A stretch of 64,000 nucleotides of DNA from Acidobacteriota bacterium (lineage in GTDB: Bacteria > Acidobacteriota > UBA890 > WLXD01), in NCBI GenBank assembly GCA_963666055.2, contig CAXWPH010000014.1, positions 1-64,000 on the forward strand, given 5' to 3'. The translations under genes and the position numbers were made by a program. Positions 44,506-53,895 of the stretch are shown one piece after another. Below the pieces are notes generated by a model. It made no database searches, was not told the origin of the DNA, and saw only the letters and a list, made by a program, of their open reading frames with translations. Within the stretch, counting starts at the first letter, position 1. Every line of letters begins with the position of its first letter.

Positions 44506-45162
44506 TTACGGACGTCTGCTTCGGCCTCGACGAGCGCGCTCCTGGCCGATGTTCGACGTGCGGCCTACGGCAGTGTCCGTTTGTTTCGTCAGGACCGCTC
44601 CGGGGCCGGCCACGGTGCCCGCCGAGATCGTGGTTTTGCCCTTGACCTTGCAAACACAGGTGAAGACATCCGTCTGGTCAAAGTTGCTCAGGTCGGCGTC
44701 GTCAGTTACTCGTAAATACGTATCTGGGAAGTTCTTGCTGAACTTATCCGTTCCTTTTACGAGCTTTCTGTTGCCGATCTTCCCGGTGCACGTCATCTTC
44801 CCATTGCCGCCAACGCCCTGGTTGTTGGTGTCGTCGTAAAAGAAGTCGCAGAACGCCGTCGCGCCGCTCACCCCGGCCAGAGGGCCGACCGGGACTTCGG
44901 CCGACCATGTCCCAGCGATGCCCGTGTCATCTTGGTCGGCCGTGTGACCCTCGGAATTCCCCACGGAGAGGATGCTGTCCTGCGGGCTGAAGCCCGCAGG
45001 CGCGTCACCCTCGCGCGCTCCGACCCAACCAACGCCCATAAGAGCCACCAAGACCAAACATACGAGGAAACGCGCGGGATTCGACAAGTTAATCCTCCTT
45101 GTGCCCTGGGTCACCCTCCGCCGTTTTAAGCGCTCGCGGGCCCAGAGCCTGGACGGCATCAA
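44506..45162 (-). CDS. Hypothetical secreted Cys-containing protein
   Basis: Hydrophobic signal-like stretch [14 protein letters not shown]; four Cys in the mature part; start uncertain. Confidence 0.6.
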   Translation of the reverse strand: MMPSRLWARERLKRRRVTQGTRRINLSNPARFLVCLVLVALMGVGWVGAREGDAPAGFSPQDSILSVGNSEGHTADQDDTGIAGTWSAEVPVGPLAGVSGATAFCDFFYDDTNNQGVGGNGKMTCTGKIGNRKLVKGTDKFSKNFPDTYLRVTDDADLSNFDQTDVFTCVCKVKGKTTISAGTVAGPGAVLTKQTDTAVGRTSNIGQERARRGRSRRP

Positions 45163-45398
45163 ATAGTGGCTGGATCTCTAAAGGTCGGGTAGTCCGGGTT
45201 ACCTGGGCTACTTAATGGGAATGGGTCGACGGGGCGAGCGTGTCACCCCGAAACCTCGCAGAGCATGTCTATTCGCCTGCCGTCGGCATCTCGCTGGCCG
45301 CAGGTTGACAGCAGCGGCTCAGCTAATCCTGGCAGCGGCACGACCGAACTTCGTATGCCAACCGTGGCCCCCGGGCTTTCGATGGCTGCGCGGTCAGC

Positions 45399-45509
45399 AT
45401 CGTGATGTTCCCCGGCGAAGGCCGGAGTAGACAGAGCAACGCCGGGCGCGTGACGCTCGTCACCAACTGGTTCGACGAGCTGAAGCGGCTCGTGCCGACC
45501 GTTCCGTAG
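45399..45509 (+). pseudogene. Second orphan C-terminal tail of a kinase-TolB protein (not in the ORF track)
   Basis: IVMFPGEGRSRQSNAGRVTLVTNWFDELKRLVPTVP*; 45460-45499 is identical to 23434-23473. Confidence 0.85.
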
Positions 45510-45780
45510 CGCGCTCAGCCGTCATGCTGCCGGCAGCTTCTGCCGATTCTTCACAACATGTGTGGGCGGTAGCGGTTCCTCACCATCGGGTCCCATCTGA
45601 TGCCCCCCGGGGGTGTGGTCGCCAGGGAATCGTCGCCGCTCCGTCTGCCGGCCTCGAACTAGCGGGGCAAGAAGCTGACCACCCACGGTCGGCTGATCCG
45701 TGCGGTGCGCGCTTCTGATGATAATGATTAAAATGGAAACTAGAGATCGCGACGTAAGCGCCGATGACTAAAGGGTTCGT

Positions 45781-46134
45781 CTACCGGCCGACGATTATGG
45801 AGAACGTCTCAGACCGTTTTCGCTGTCGGTAGGGCGCCGGATCGGGCTCGATGACGACACGCGCACCAGCAATTCCGGCCAAGGTGATCAGGTGCTCCAG
45901 CGTGGGCACTCGGTTACCTCTACACCACCCGTGCAGGCTGGCTGTCGACCTGATGCCGTGCGCAGCCATGTCCTGCCTGAACGCCGTGTAACTCCTCCCA
46001 TTCTTCAGCGTCATAGCCAGGTGACGAGCGTCTTCTGCACTTTCGAGGACCAGCGGCTCAGTCAGCTTGCCTAGTCCATCGGAGCGCTTCGTCTCGTGCA
46101 TCGGTATGGGATTCCAGAGAGTAAGAAGGAACAC
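45781..46134 (-). CDS. Small XRE/Cro-like HTH protein
   Basis: STASLHGWCRGNRVPTLEHLITLA; AT-richer upstream region; start may be 46101. Confidence 0.55.
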   Translation of the reverse strand: MFLLTLWNPIPMHETKRSDGLGKLTEPLVLESAEDARHLAMTLKNGRSYTAFRQDMAAHGIRSTASLHGWCRGNRVPTLEHLITLAGIAGARVVIEPDPAPYRQRKRSETFSIIVGR

Positions 46135-46371
46135 TTACTGATTGTTACACGAGTTACAGTACACAGCTACCGCTAGCCCACGAGGAAGATTCGGTCGGGC
46201 GTGCGTTCAGCGAGCGGGAAACAGCGCCGCGCTGCGGGAGATCAGGACGTGCCCGAGCAGAGGGATTACTAGCGATCTTGTCGGGCGGGCTGGGGATCAG
46301 GGGTGACGTGTGTGGATGGGGTCACACGCTGCGGGCGCCGATGGCCTGAAAGCGTGTGGAGTACAAGGAAC

Positions 46372-47178
46372 TCACGGCCTAGACAGGCCGGGGTGGTGGG
46401 TAGGTGGACTCGTAGACAACTCACCGATGGGGCTGCTACATGAATACTCACGCCCCGTAACGTCGCTGAAACGAATCGTCACTTTGGTTCCCGGCCGTCT
46501 GTATTTCTCCGGATCGTCCGTGGCAAGAGTACAAACCATGAATCCCTTGATCTTGTCGCCCTTCTCGATTGGTTTAGCGAGTGCCTTTTCGCGGATCGAC
46601 TGTTGCTGAGAAAACTGAAAGTCGGACCTGTTCAGAAACGATCTTTTGATGGTCACACTGTCTGCATGATCCTCGATCGTCATCCTCTCAGGATTACCAC
46701 CGGCTGGCGTGATGTAGACCTCCCAATTGTCTGCAACGCTCGCGGCTCCACGGTTGGTAAGACAGGCGACAAAAAACACGGCTACATCGGTAGGTTGGCC
46801 ATCCTCCGCGTCCTTAAAGCCAACGCCGATACCGTCGTCTGCTGATAAGCAAAGCTCCGGGAACGAGAGTTCCTTGAGTTTCGTCTCAAGTTGCCTCTTT
46901 TCGGCGATCAGTTCTCGGCGTTGCTGCTGAAGATCGCTGACCGTCCGCGCTGCCCGATGCTCGGGCTCTAGCCAGGCCGCGTGCGCGAGGTGACACCCAT
47001 AGACAATCGCTGCACCTAGCACCCCCGCGATAACCGCCTCCCCCAGGGGATTCATGATGATCTGAGGGGGAAACAACAGCTTGAGTCCGCCGGACACGAT
47101 AAAGCCGCCGCACTCCCTTAATGGGAAGCGACCAACTCTGACTCTAGCGTCCTTCCAGTACCCGGAACCCTCCCGCAT
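46372..47178 (-). CDS. Hypothetical protein (TM + coiled coil + beta domain)
   Basis: Long ORF with lower GC; start uncertain. Confidence 0.6.
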   Translation of the reverse strand: MREGSGYWKDARVRVGRFPLRECGGFIVSGGLKLLFPPQIIMNPLGEAVIAGVLGAAIVYGCHLAHAAWLEPEHRAARTVSDLQQQRRELIAEKRQLETKLKELSFPELCLSADDGIGVGFKDAEDGQPTDVAVFFVACLTNRGAASVADNWEVYITPAGGNPERMTIEDHADSVTIKRSFLNRSDFQFSQQQSIREKALAKPIEKGDKIKGFMVCTLATDDPEKYRRPGTKVTIRFSDVTGREYSCSSPIGELSTSPPTHHPGLSRP

Positions 47179-47318
47179 ACGCCCACGCTAGTCGCGGCCG
47201 TACCCTTCGTCTAGGTAGCTGCCGGCGGCTCGGCAGAACAGTCTCGCTCCAAGAAACTGCCGAAACTCGCGGCCCTCGAAGATCGCTATCCTGAGACGCA
47301 CCCAGAATGGTTACTCCT

Positions 47319-47483
47319 GGGTGCGTATAGGGTGCACTTCTCGTCACCACAGGCCACAGAGCCCCTTGGGCTATCTGGGTGCTGGCGGGACCGTCGAGGA
47401 GCCAGCAGCCAATTCTGCGCGGACCGTCGACAACGCGACACGCGGCCGCACCCAACGCGATTCCCAGGGTGCGTATAGGGTGC
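47319..47483. repeat. 17-bp direct repeat gggtgcgtatagggtgc (47319-47335 and 47467-47483)
   Basis: Exact duplication; each copy is preceded by an inverted cgcaccc. Confidence 0.8.
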
Positions 47484-47555
47484 GGAATGAGCACCCGAAG
47501 GCTGACCCGCCCGCCGTAACTACTGACTCTAAAGGGGTTACAGACCCCGGCGAGA

Positions 47556-48410
47556 CTAGTCGCTGTAGTCGTAGAAGCCGCGCCCGCTCTTGCGACCGTG
47601 GTGTCCTGCAAGCACCATGCGCTTGAGCAGTGGGGGCGGCGCGAACTGCGGCGTCCTGAACTCCTCGAACATGATGTTGGCGATGTAGTACTTCGTGTCG
47701 AGCCCTACGAAGTCGAGCAACGCAAGCGGGCCCATCGGGTAGCCACAGCCAAGCTTCATGGCGTTGTCTATGTCCTCGGCCGACGCCAGCCCCTCGTCGA
47801 GCACGCGTATCGCATCCAGCATGTAGGGCACCAGCAAGCGGTTGACGATGAAGCCGGTGCGATCCTTGGTTACGACCGGCGTCTTGCCGATGGACTCGCC
47901 GAAGGACTGCCCTGCCTCGACGACCGCCTGATCGGTGAGCAGCGTGTAGATCACTTCGACGAGCTTCATCAGCTGCACGGGAGAGAAGAAGTGCAACCCG
48001 ATGAACCGATCCGGCCGCTTGGTTAGCACTGCCATCTCCGTGATGCTCAACGAAGACGTGTTGCTGGCGAAGATGGTGGACGCCTTGCAAGCCTCATCGA
48101 GAGCTGCATAGGTTTGACGTTTGATCTCGATGTCCTCGGTAACCGCTTCGATCACCAGGTCGCAATCGGCCATGTCGCCCAGCTCGGTGGTTCCTGTCAG
48201 CCGCCCTAGAACCTCGTCCACGTCGTCTTGTGTTGCCTTACCACGCTCGACTGCCTTGGCGAGGAAGCTGCGGATCCGACCCAGCCCCTTATCGACGAGT
48301 GCCTCATCGACTTCGCGGACGATCGTCTCGTAGCCAGCCTGGGCGCACACCTGCGCAATACCACTGCCCATGAGACCGCAACCGACAACCCCGACCTTCT
48401 CGATTAACAT
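47556..48410 (-). CDS. hbd: 3-hydroxybutyryl-CoA dehydrogenase
   Basis: GCGLMGSGIA, ASNTSS, GLHFFSP, GFIVNRLL, YPMGPL..LDFVGLD. Confidence 0.93.
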   Translation of the reverse strand: MLIEKVGVVGCGLMGSGIAQVCAQAGYETIVREVDEALVDKGLGRIRSFLAKAVERGKATQDDVDEVLGRLTGTTELGDMADCDLVIEAVTEDIEIKRQTYAALDEACKASTIFASNTSSLSITEMAVLTKRPDRFIGLHFFSPVQLMKLVEVIYTLLTDQAVVEAGQSFGESIGKTPVVTKDRTGFIVNRLLVPYMLDAIRVLDEGLASAEDIDNAMKLGCGYPMGPLALLDFVGLDTKYYIANIMFEEFRTPQFAPPPLLKRMVLAGHHGRKSGRGFYDYSD

Positions 48411-48428
48411 CCCCGTCTCCCGCGACCG

Positions 48429-49610
48429 TCAGTCTACCTGCAGGCACATGGCGATCCCCTGGCCGCCGCCGATGCATGCGGTCGCCACCGCCTTGCCTCC
48501 GCCGCGGCGCCGCAGCTCGCGCAGCGCACTGTAGGTGATCCGCGTGCCCGTCGCCCCGAGCGGATGACCGAGCGCGATGGCGCCGCCGTTCACGTTGACC
48601 TTGTCTCGGTCGAGGCCGAGCTCCTTCTCGACCGCAAGGTACTGGCCAGCGAATGCCTCGTTAACCTCGATCACGTCGACGTCGCTGAGCTGCCATCCGG
48701 CCCGTTTCAGAGCCGCCTGGGTCGCTGGAACCGGACCGATTCCCATGATGCTGGGGTCCACGCCCACAGTGGCCCACGAGATGATTCGCCCAAGCCCCTC
48801 ATGCCCGTGCTCGCGTGCCCAACCGGCCGCGGCAACGATCATTGCCGCCGCCCCGTCGACCATGCCGCTGGCGTTGCCGGCGCTAACGAACGACTCTTGG
48901 CCGAACGCTGTTGGCAGCCCGGCCAGGTCTTCCAGTGTGGTCTCGGGGCGCAGATGGTCGTCGGTATCGATCACCATCGACTTGCCGCGCTTCTTGATCT
49001 CGACCGCAACGATCTCCTCAGCCAGCCGCCCCGCCTGCTGCGCGGCGTGGGCCTTCTGCTGACTCTGCAGCGCGAACTCGTCTTGCTGCTCGCGGGTGAA
49101 GCCGTACTTGCGCGCCAAGTTATCTGATGTCATCGACATCGTGCAGCCACAGTATGGATCCATGAGGGACTCGATCAAGGAGTCCTTCATCTCGGCAGCC
49201 CGCATGCGAAACCCCTGGCGCGCGCCGTACACCACATGTGGCGCCATGCTCATGTTCTCCATGCCAGCGGCGACACCGCAGTCGATCTCCTCGGTAAGGA
49301 GCAACTGCGCGATGGAGATGATCGACTGGATGCCGGAGCCACAAAGGCGATTGACCGTAAGCGCCGGAATGGTCTCAGGAAGGCCGGCCTTCAACGCGAC
49401 GTGGCGTGCACCGTACAGCGCATCGGTCGACGTCTGCATGGCGTTGCCGACAACGACGTGTTCGATGTTTTGCGGAGCGACGCCGGCGCGCTGCAGCGCG
49501 GCGCGCGTGGCAACGCTACATAGATCGATGGCGGAGGTTCGGGCAAAGTCGCCGAGAAAGCGTCGCATCGGCGTACGCGCGCCACCCAGCACCCACAGGT
49601 CGCGACTCAT
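48429..49610 (-). CDS. Acetyl-CoA acetyltransferase (thiolase)
   Basis: NRLCGSG, NEAFA, GHPLGATG, ACIGGGQG. Confidence 0.95.
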   Translation of the reverse strand: MSRDLWVLGGARTPMRRFLGDFARTSAIDLCSVATRAALQRAGVAPQNIEHVVVGNAMQTSTDALYGARHVALKAGLPETIPALTVNRLCGSGIQSIISIAQLLLTEEIDCGVAAGMENMSMAPHVVYGARQGFRMRAAEMKDSLIESLMDPYCGCTMSMTSDNLARKYGFTREQQDEFALQSQQKAHAAQQAGRLAEEIVAVEIKKRGKSMVIDTDDHLRPETTLEDLAGLPTAFGQESFVSAGNASGMVDGAAAMIVAAAGWAREHGHEGLGRIISWATVGVDPSIMGIGPVPATQAALKRAGWQLSDVDVIEVNEAFAGQYLAVEKELGLDRDKVNVNGGAIALGHPLGATGTRITYSALRELRRRGGGKAVATACIGGGQGIAMCLQVD

Positions 49611-49763
49611 CGAGCTCTCCTTCGTTTTCGGCCGAGGACGCACCTGTCGCACGAGACCAAGATCGGGTCCGAGCGCGTGGTCGCCGGCCCCATCCAGCGA
49701 CAACGGGCGCCGTAGCGGCGACGGCGCGGCTGGTGGCGGGCGCCGAGACACGGCTGTGCCCGG

Positions 49764-50153
49764 TCACCGACTTCGATTGTCCCACACGCCCCAGAGGCCG
49801 GCAAACGATGCCCAGAGCAGCATCGTTACGACCAGCGTTGCCCCAGCGACATCGGCAATCAAGTCGTACAGCGAGGGCTCACGACCGGGAATGAAGCTCT
49901 GATGAAACTCGTCAGAGAAACCGTACAGAGCGGCGAGCATCACAACGATCACAGCGCGTCTGCGTACCGCCTGCGACGCTGGCAGTTTGGTCCCGAAACC
50001 AAACCAGAGGGTGAGCGTCAGCACGCCGTATGCGAATGCATGTTCGAGCTTGTCGATTCCCGACCCAGGAGGATCGAGAGAAGGTTGGTGCGAAAGCCAG
50101 AAGATGCCGCTTGCAACCGCCACCGCCGGCAGCCAGCGTGCCACGCTCGTCAC
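49764..50153 (-). CDS. VanZ family protein
   Basis: DKLEHAFAYG, DEFHQSFIPGR, DLIAD. Confidence 0.9.
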   Translation of the reverse strand: MTSVARWLPAVAVASGIFWLSHQPSLDPPGSGIDKLEHAFAYGVLTLTLWFGFGTKLPASQAVRRRAVIVVMLAALYGFSDEFHQSFIPGREPSLYDLIADVAGATLVVTMLLWASFAGLWGVWDNRSR

Positions 50154-50157
50154 GGGC

Positions 50158-50328
50158 TTAGGGCAGCAGGAGGTACATCATCCACGACATCAGGTAGGCG
50201 ACGCCCACCATTCCAGCAGCGATCCAGCCTGCCAGCGCCATCGCGTCGCGAGGACTATGTCGCAACATCGCCCCGAGAACGAGACCCACCGCCAGGCAGA
50301 AAATAGTGAGAAAAAGAAAGTGAATCAC
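50158..50328 (-). CDS. Small 2-TM membrane protein (56 aa, below the ORF-track cutoff)
   Basis: GTG start directly after the DUF6677 stop: VIHFLFLTIFCLAVGLVLG...MSWMMYLLLP*. Confidence 0.7.
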   Translation of the reverse strand: MIHFLFLTIFCLAVGLVLGAMLRHSPRDAMALAGWIAAGMVGVAYLMSWMMYLLLP

Positions 50329-50832
50329 CTATCGGCGTCCGATCCCGACATCGAAGGCATCGAGCACGATAAGCAGGTTCAGCAGTCCTGCAACAAGCGT
50401 AAACGTGTTGCCGTATTCGAAGTAGGCGCCGCTGAGGTTACCGTCGGCCCAGCCGAAGGCGTGGGCGAGCGCGAACGGGATGCCCACGCCAGCGGCACCA
50501 AGCGCCGCCAAGTACGTAAGGGGCTCACCAGGAATGGGCCTGTACACCTTGCCCTCGAGCGCGATTCCACCAACCAACAAGGCGAGTACCAGGGATCCGA
50601 ACAGGAGTCCCCGCCCCCAGCGGCCAAGGGCGATGTGGCCGGCTCCGGGCACTGCCCAGGCGAGCACGCAGCTAAACACCACACGCGGCGGGGCGACGGG
50701 CTCATCGCGGGCGACCGCCTCCGGCGTTCCGCTCTCTTCCGCGTCGCCGGCAACGGATCCGTCTATGGAGATTTCGTCTGCGGAGCCGGTCACACTTCGT
50801 TCCTCCTGCGGGCTGATCGTAAACGTCGCCAT
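50329..50832 (-). CDS. DUF6677-like membrane protein
   Basis: LAWAVPGAGH..GR..RG...EYGNTFTLVAGLLNLL.VLDAFD. Confidence 0.8.
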   Translation of the reverse strand: MATFTISPQEERSVTGSADEISIDGSVAGDAEESGTPEAVARDEPVAPPRVVFSCVLAWAVPGAGHIALGRWGRGLLFGSLVLALLVGGIALEGKVYRPIPGEPLTYLAALGAAGVGIPFALAHAFGWADGNLSGAYFEYGNTFTLVAGLLNLLIVLDAFDVGIGRR

Positions 50833-50862
50833 CTATGGGCGCAAACGGTGCCCTAGCGGTTC

Positions 50863-50916
50863 CTAGCAGGCCGAGGTGGAAGTGTGGCGGGCCTGGTCTG
50901 CCACACGCGACACTAG
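50863..50916. repeat. Hybrid MITE remnant
   Basis: Left part ctagcaggccgaggtggaagtgtggcgggcctgg is the TIR of 15034; right part gacactag matches the terminus of the 53677 element and supplies the TPR gene stop. Confidence 0.75.
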
Positions 50917-52244
50917 TCCGCGTTCCTGCGCACAACGGCGGTCAGGCGCTCGACCGCTGACATGGCCTCTGTTCCCGATACCAACGCCAGCAGATCGAAG
51001 GTGCCGTCGTCATCGGGCAACAGGATGCGCAACCCGACCACGGCTTGCACGGGTCGGTACAGAAGATGCTCCGGTGGGGGATCGTCGAGCCCCGGCCGTG
51101 GAGCGTCGGCCGCTGCTCCGACCAGCTCGAGCACTCGGTAGCAGGCCTCCACCAACATGCTTCGGCGTACCTGCATCTGCGGGAAGAAATCATTGTTCTG
51201 GTAAACGTCGAGGACACCCCAGGACACCATGCGTTGCACGAATGGCGTCGACCAGCGGGCTCCGACGTCTGCAACGATCACGCCGCGACGCTCATCGGCA
51301 TGCCCCTCGAGCATTTGCAGATTGATGGCGAGTAGCGCCGCGAGCTCCTCCCGGGTGATCACCGACTTGGTCGCCAGCTCCCGGTATTCAGCCGGCAGTG
51401 AGTCCCGTTCGTACAGGTCGCGAGCTTGCCGCGCCAGATCCGCAATACGCGGATCGTCGGGGAGTGCGTCGGCTAGCCGTTGGAATACATCGTTCGAGTC
51501 GGCGTACCGCTGCGCGCTGCGATAGAGCATGCCGAGTTTTTCCAGGATCAATGGGCCGTCCGCGGTACGCCGACGGGCATCGCTGAGGACCCGAATCGCC
51601 GCCTCGAGATCGCTTCGCTCCTCCTGCAGGGCGGCGATACGCAGGTACGGACCCTGCAGCTCCGGGGCTGCAGAAATGGCCTCCCTGTAGGCGGCCTCGG
51701 CATCGCCGCTATTCGCGGCCAGTTCAGCGCGCATGAGCAGCGGGCCCACGTCGCCAAGCCTGAGCTGTCGCAGCTCCAGAACGGCACGCGTCAGCCCGGG
51801 ATCCGCTTGCAGCGCAGTCTCGAACCAGCCTCGCGCCAAATCGAGGCGCTGCTGCAGCAACGCCACCAGACCCATCCCGTATGCCGCCTCCGCCAAACGC
51901 GGCTCCGACCCGAGCGCCAGTCCGAAGTCGTCGAGCGCAGCGGTGAGATTCCCTTTTCGCAGCGCCGCAAATCCAGCTACCGTCCTGCCGATCGGGCTCG
52001 CTGCTTCTTCGAACGTGAGTCCCATCAGCGCGCCGCCCGGCGGCACGTCACGCACCGCGTCCCACGCCTCGCTCAGCGGGCCAGAAGCGGCGACGGGCGG
52101 CGGCGGTACTCGCGCCGGATCGAGCCCGACGGCAGCACTCGGCCGCGACTCAGGTGTTGCCGTCGTAGTAGCGCAGCCACCCAGCACGACGAGGGCCCAA
52201 ACAGCCACCGCTACAGATCGCCTACGTGCGTTCATCGCCTCCAT
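50913..52244 (-). CDS. TPR lipoprotein with C-terminal SLH-like domain
   Basis: Lipobox LGGC, TPR-like helices, ITREELAA...DV...W...F.PQ..V.R. Confidence 0.75.
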   Translation of the reverse strand: MEAMNARRRSVAVAVWALVVLGGCATTTATPESRPSAAVGLDPARVPPPPVAASGPLSEAWDAVRDVPPGGALMGLTFEEAASPIGRTVAGFAALRKGNLTAALDDFGLALGSEPRLAEAAYGMGLVALLQQRLDLARGWFETALQADPGLTRAVLELRQLRLGDVGPLLMRAELAANSGDAEAAYREAISAAPELQGPYLRIAALQEERSDLEAAIRVLSDARRRTADGPLILEKLGMLYRSAQRYADSNDVFQRLADALPDDPRIADLARQARDLYERDSLPAEYRELATKSVITREELAALLAINLQMLEGHADERRGVIVADVGARWSTPFVQRMVSWGVLDVYQNNDFFPQMQVRRSMLVEACYRVLELVGAAADAPRPGLDDPPPEHLLYRPVQAVVGLRILLPDDDGTFDLLALVSGTEAMSAVERLTAVVRRNAD

Positions 52245-52275
52245 TGTGACTCTCGGGTCGCGACGCGGCAACATC

Positions 52276-53271
52276 TCATCCGCCGGCAGCCTGCGCCTTG
52301 GCGGCAAGCAACTCGCGCGCCAGGCGAACAGCGCGCTGACGCTCCATCGCGCCTGCAGGATCCTCGCCAGACTGATGCTCCAGCCAGCAAATCTGCGGCC
52401 AGCGCCGATACCAGGCGAGCTGACGCTTGGCGTAGCGCCGTGTGGCACGCACAATCTCGTCGCGAGCCGCGCCAAGGTCGAGCTCGCCAACACAGACCCG
52501 CGCCAGCTGACGGTAGCCGATGGCCTGCAGAGCGTGAGCCTCGGCCGGCACACCCGCGTCGAGCAGTCGGGCGACCTCATCAACCCAGCCGCTGGCGAGC
52601 ATCTCGTCCACTCGGCGCTCGATGCGCTCGTACAGGAGCGGGCGCGGCCAGGTGACGCCGAGCCAGACCGCGTCGGGTGCACTTGGTGCGGTGCCGGTAC
52701 TCGCCTCTGTTACCTCGCTCATCCGCAGACCGGTGCGAAAGATCACCTCCAACGCACGCAAGATCCTCTGTGCATCCCGCCTACCGAGCCTCGCCGCCCA
52801 ATCAGAGTCGAGGCAGCGCAACCAAGTGTGGAGCGTCTCGATGCCGTAGCGGTCGCCGAGCCTCCGCAACGTCTCGCGCCACACCGCGTCGCTCGGCGGA
52901 GCTTCGTCGAGTCCCTCGACGACCGCCTGCACGTAGAATCCGCTGCCGCCCACCAAGATCGGCTGCCTGCCTCGCGCCCGAACCTGGTTGATAGCCTGCC
53001 ACGCGGTCGCCGCGTAGGCGCCCGCCGAACAACGTTGCACTGGATCCAGGTAGTCAATGCAGTGGTAGGCACAGCGTGCCCGTGTGGAGGCCGTCGGCTT
53101 GGCGGTACCGATATCGAGCCCTCGGTACACCAGCAGCGCATCGGCGGAAACGAGCTCGCCCGAGAGGCTCTCGGCAAGCTGCTCGGCTATCGTCGACTTA
53201 CCAGCCGCAGTCGGTCCGACAACCACGAGCAAAGGTGGTGTGCCGCCGTCGTGCCCCCTGACGGGGCTCAC
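52276..53271 (-). CDS. miaA: tRNA dimethylallyltransferase
   Basis: GPTAAGKS, DIGTAKP, VGGSGFY, RILRALEV, QAIGY, TRRYAKRQ. Confidence 0.96.
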   Translation of the reverse strand: MSPVRGHDGGTPPLLVVVGPTAAGKSTIAEQLAESLSGELVSADALLVYRGLDIGTAKPTASTRARCAYHCIDYLDPVQRCSAGAYAATAWQAINQVRARGRQPILVGGSGFYVQAVVEGLDEAPPSDAVWRETLRRLGDRYGIETLHTWLRCLDSDWAARLGRRDAQRILRALEVIFRTGLRMSEVTEASTGTAPSAPDAVWLGVTWPRPLLYERIERRVDEMLASGWVDEVARLLDAGVPAEAHALQAIGYRQLARVCVGELDLGAARDEIVRATRRYAKRQLAWYRRWPQICWLEHQSGEDPAGAMERQRAVRLARELLAAKAQAAGG

Positions 53272-53672
53272 TGATCCAGTGGCACCATGGGCAGCGAGAT
53301 GCCCTCCGCGCCGCCCTTTCGCAGCGCGTCGATCACCTGCACCCAGGTACCCAGATCGATCGACCGGTCGGCGCGCACGGTGATCTTGGTCCGATCCTCG
53401 TCACTGAGCGCCGCCACTCGTTGTTCGAGCCCGTCGGCGGTCAGCGCCTCTCCATCCAGGCGAATCTCACCGGCGCCGGATATCTCGACGACGATCGGAG
53501 CAGCGGTCGTGGAAAGTGCGGTACTGGATTCGGGTAACTCCAGGTCCATACCCGACTGCTCGAGGAACGTCGTGGTCACCGCAAAGAAGATCAACAGCAA
53601 GAACACCACGTCGATCAGCGGCGACATGTCGACGCTGGCGCGGCGTTTTCGTTGCCGTGTCTCGGTCAACAT
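53268..53672 (-). CDS. exbD: ExbD/TolR biopolymer transporter
   Basis: MSPLIDVVFLLLIFF, VRAD. Confidence 0.9.
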   Translation of the reverse strand: MLTETRQRKRRASVDMSPLIDVVFLLLIFFAVTTTFLEQSGMDLELPESSTALSTTAAPIVVEISGAGEIRLDGEALTADGLEQRVAALSDEDRTKITVRADRSIDLGTWVQVIDALRKGGAEGISLPMVPLDQ

Positions 53673-53676
53673 CAGC

Positions 53677-53848
53677 TAGTGTCCTGTAGCAGAGGTTCGC
53701 TGCATATTGTGGCGCGCGCCACCGAGTCGAATCCAAGGAGGCCCGACGATGGCGATGCCATGCGTATCGCAGAGGAGGAGCGACGCCGGAGGCGGCCGGT
53801 GCCGCGGCCACCCGGAGGGCTGGGTCGAACCTCTAATACAGGACACTA
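53677..53848. mobile_element. 172-bp MITE-like element with TA ends, between exbB and exbD
   Basis: 23-bp TIR tagtgtcctgtagcagaggttcg / cgaacctctaatacaggacacta (21/23); contains the conserved core at 53735-53788. Confidence 0.85.
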
Positions 53849-53895
53849 TCGGCCCGCGCTGTCGTGGGCGTAGCGCCGCCCGCGAGTCGCGCCGA

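Noticed and set aside
45717-45740. Fur-box-like gataatgattaaaatg
   Set aside because: Only the first half matches and there is no iron-related gene downstream.
51480-53274. Long antisense ORFs (391 and 513 aa), and similar ones at 33983-35299 and 1875-2837
   Set aside because: Shadow frames of GC-rich genes with Arg/Ala/Ser-biased composition and no motifs.
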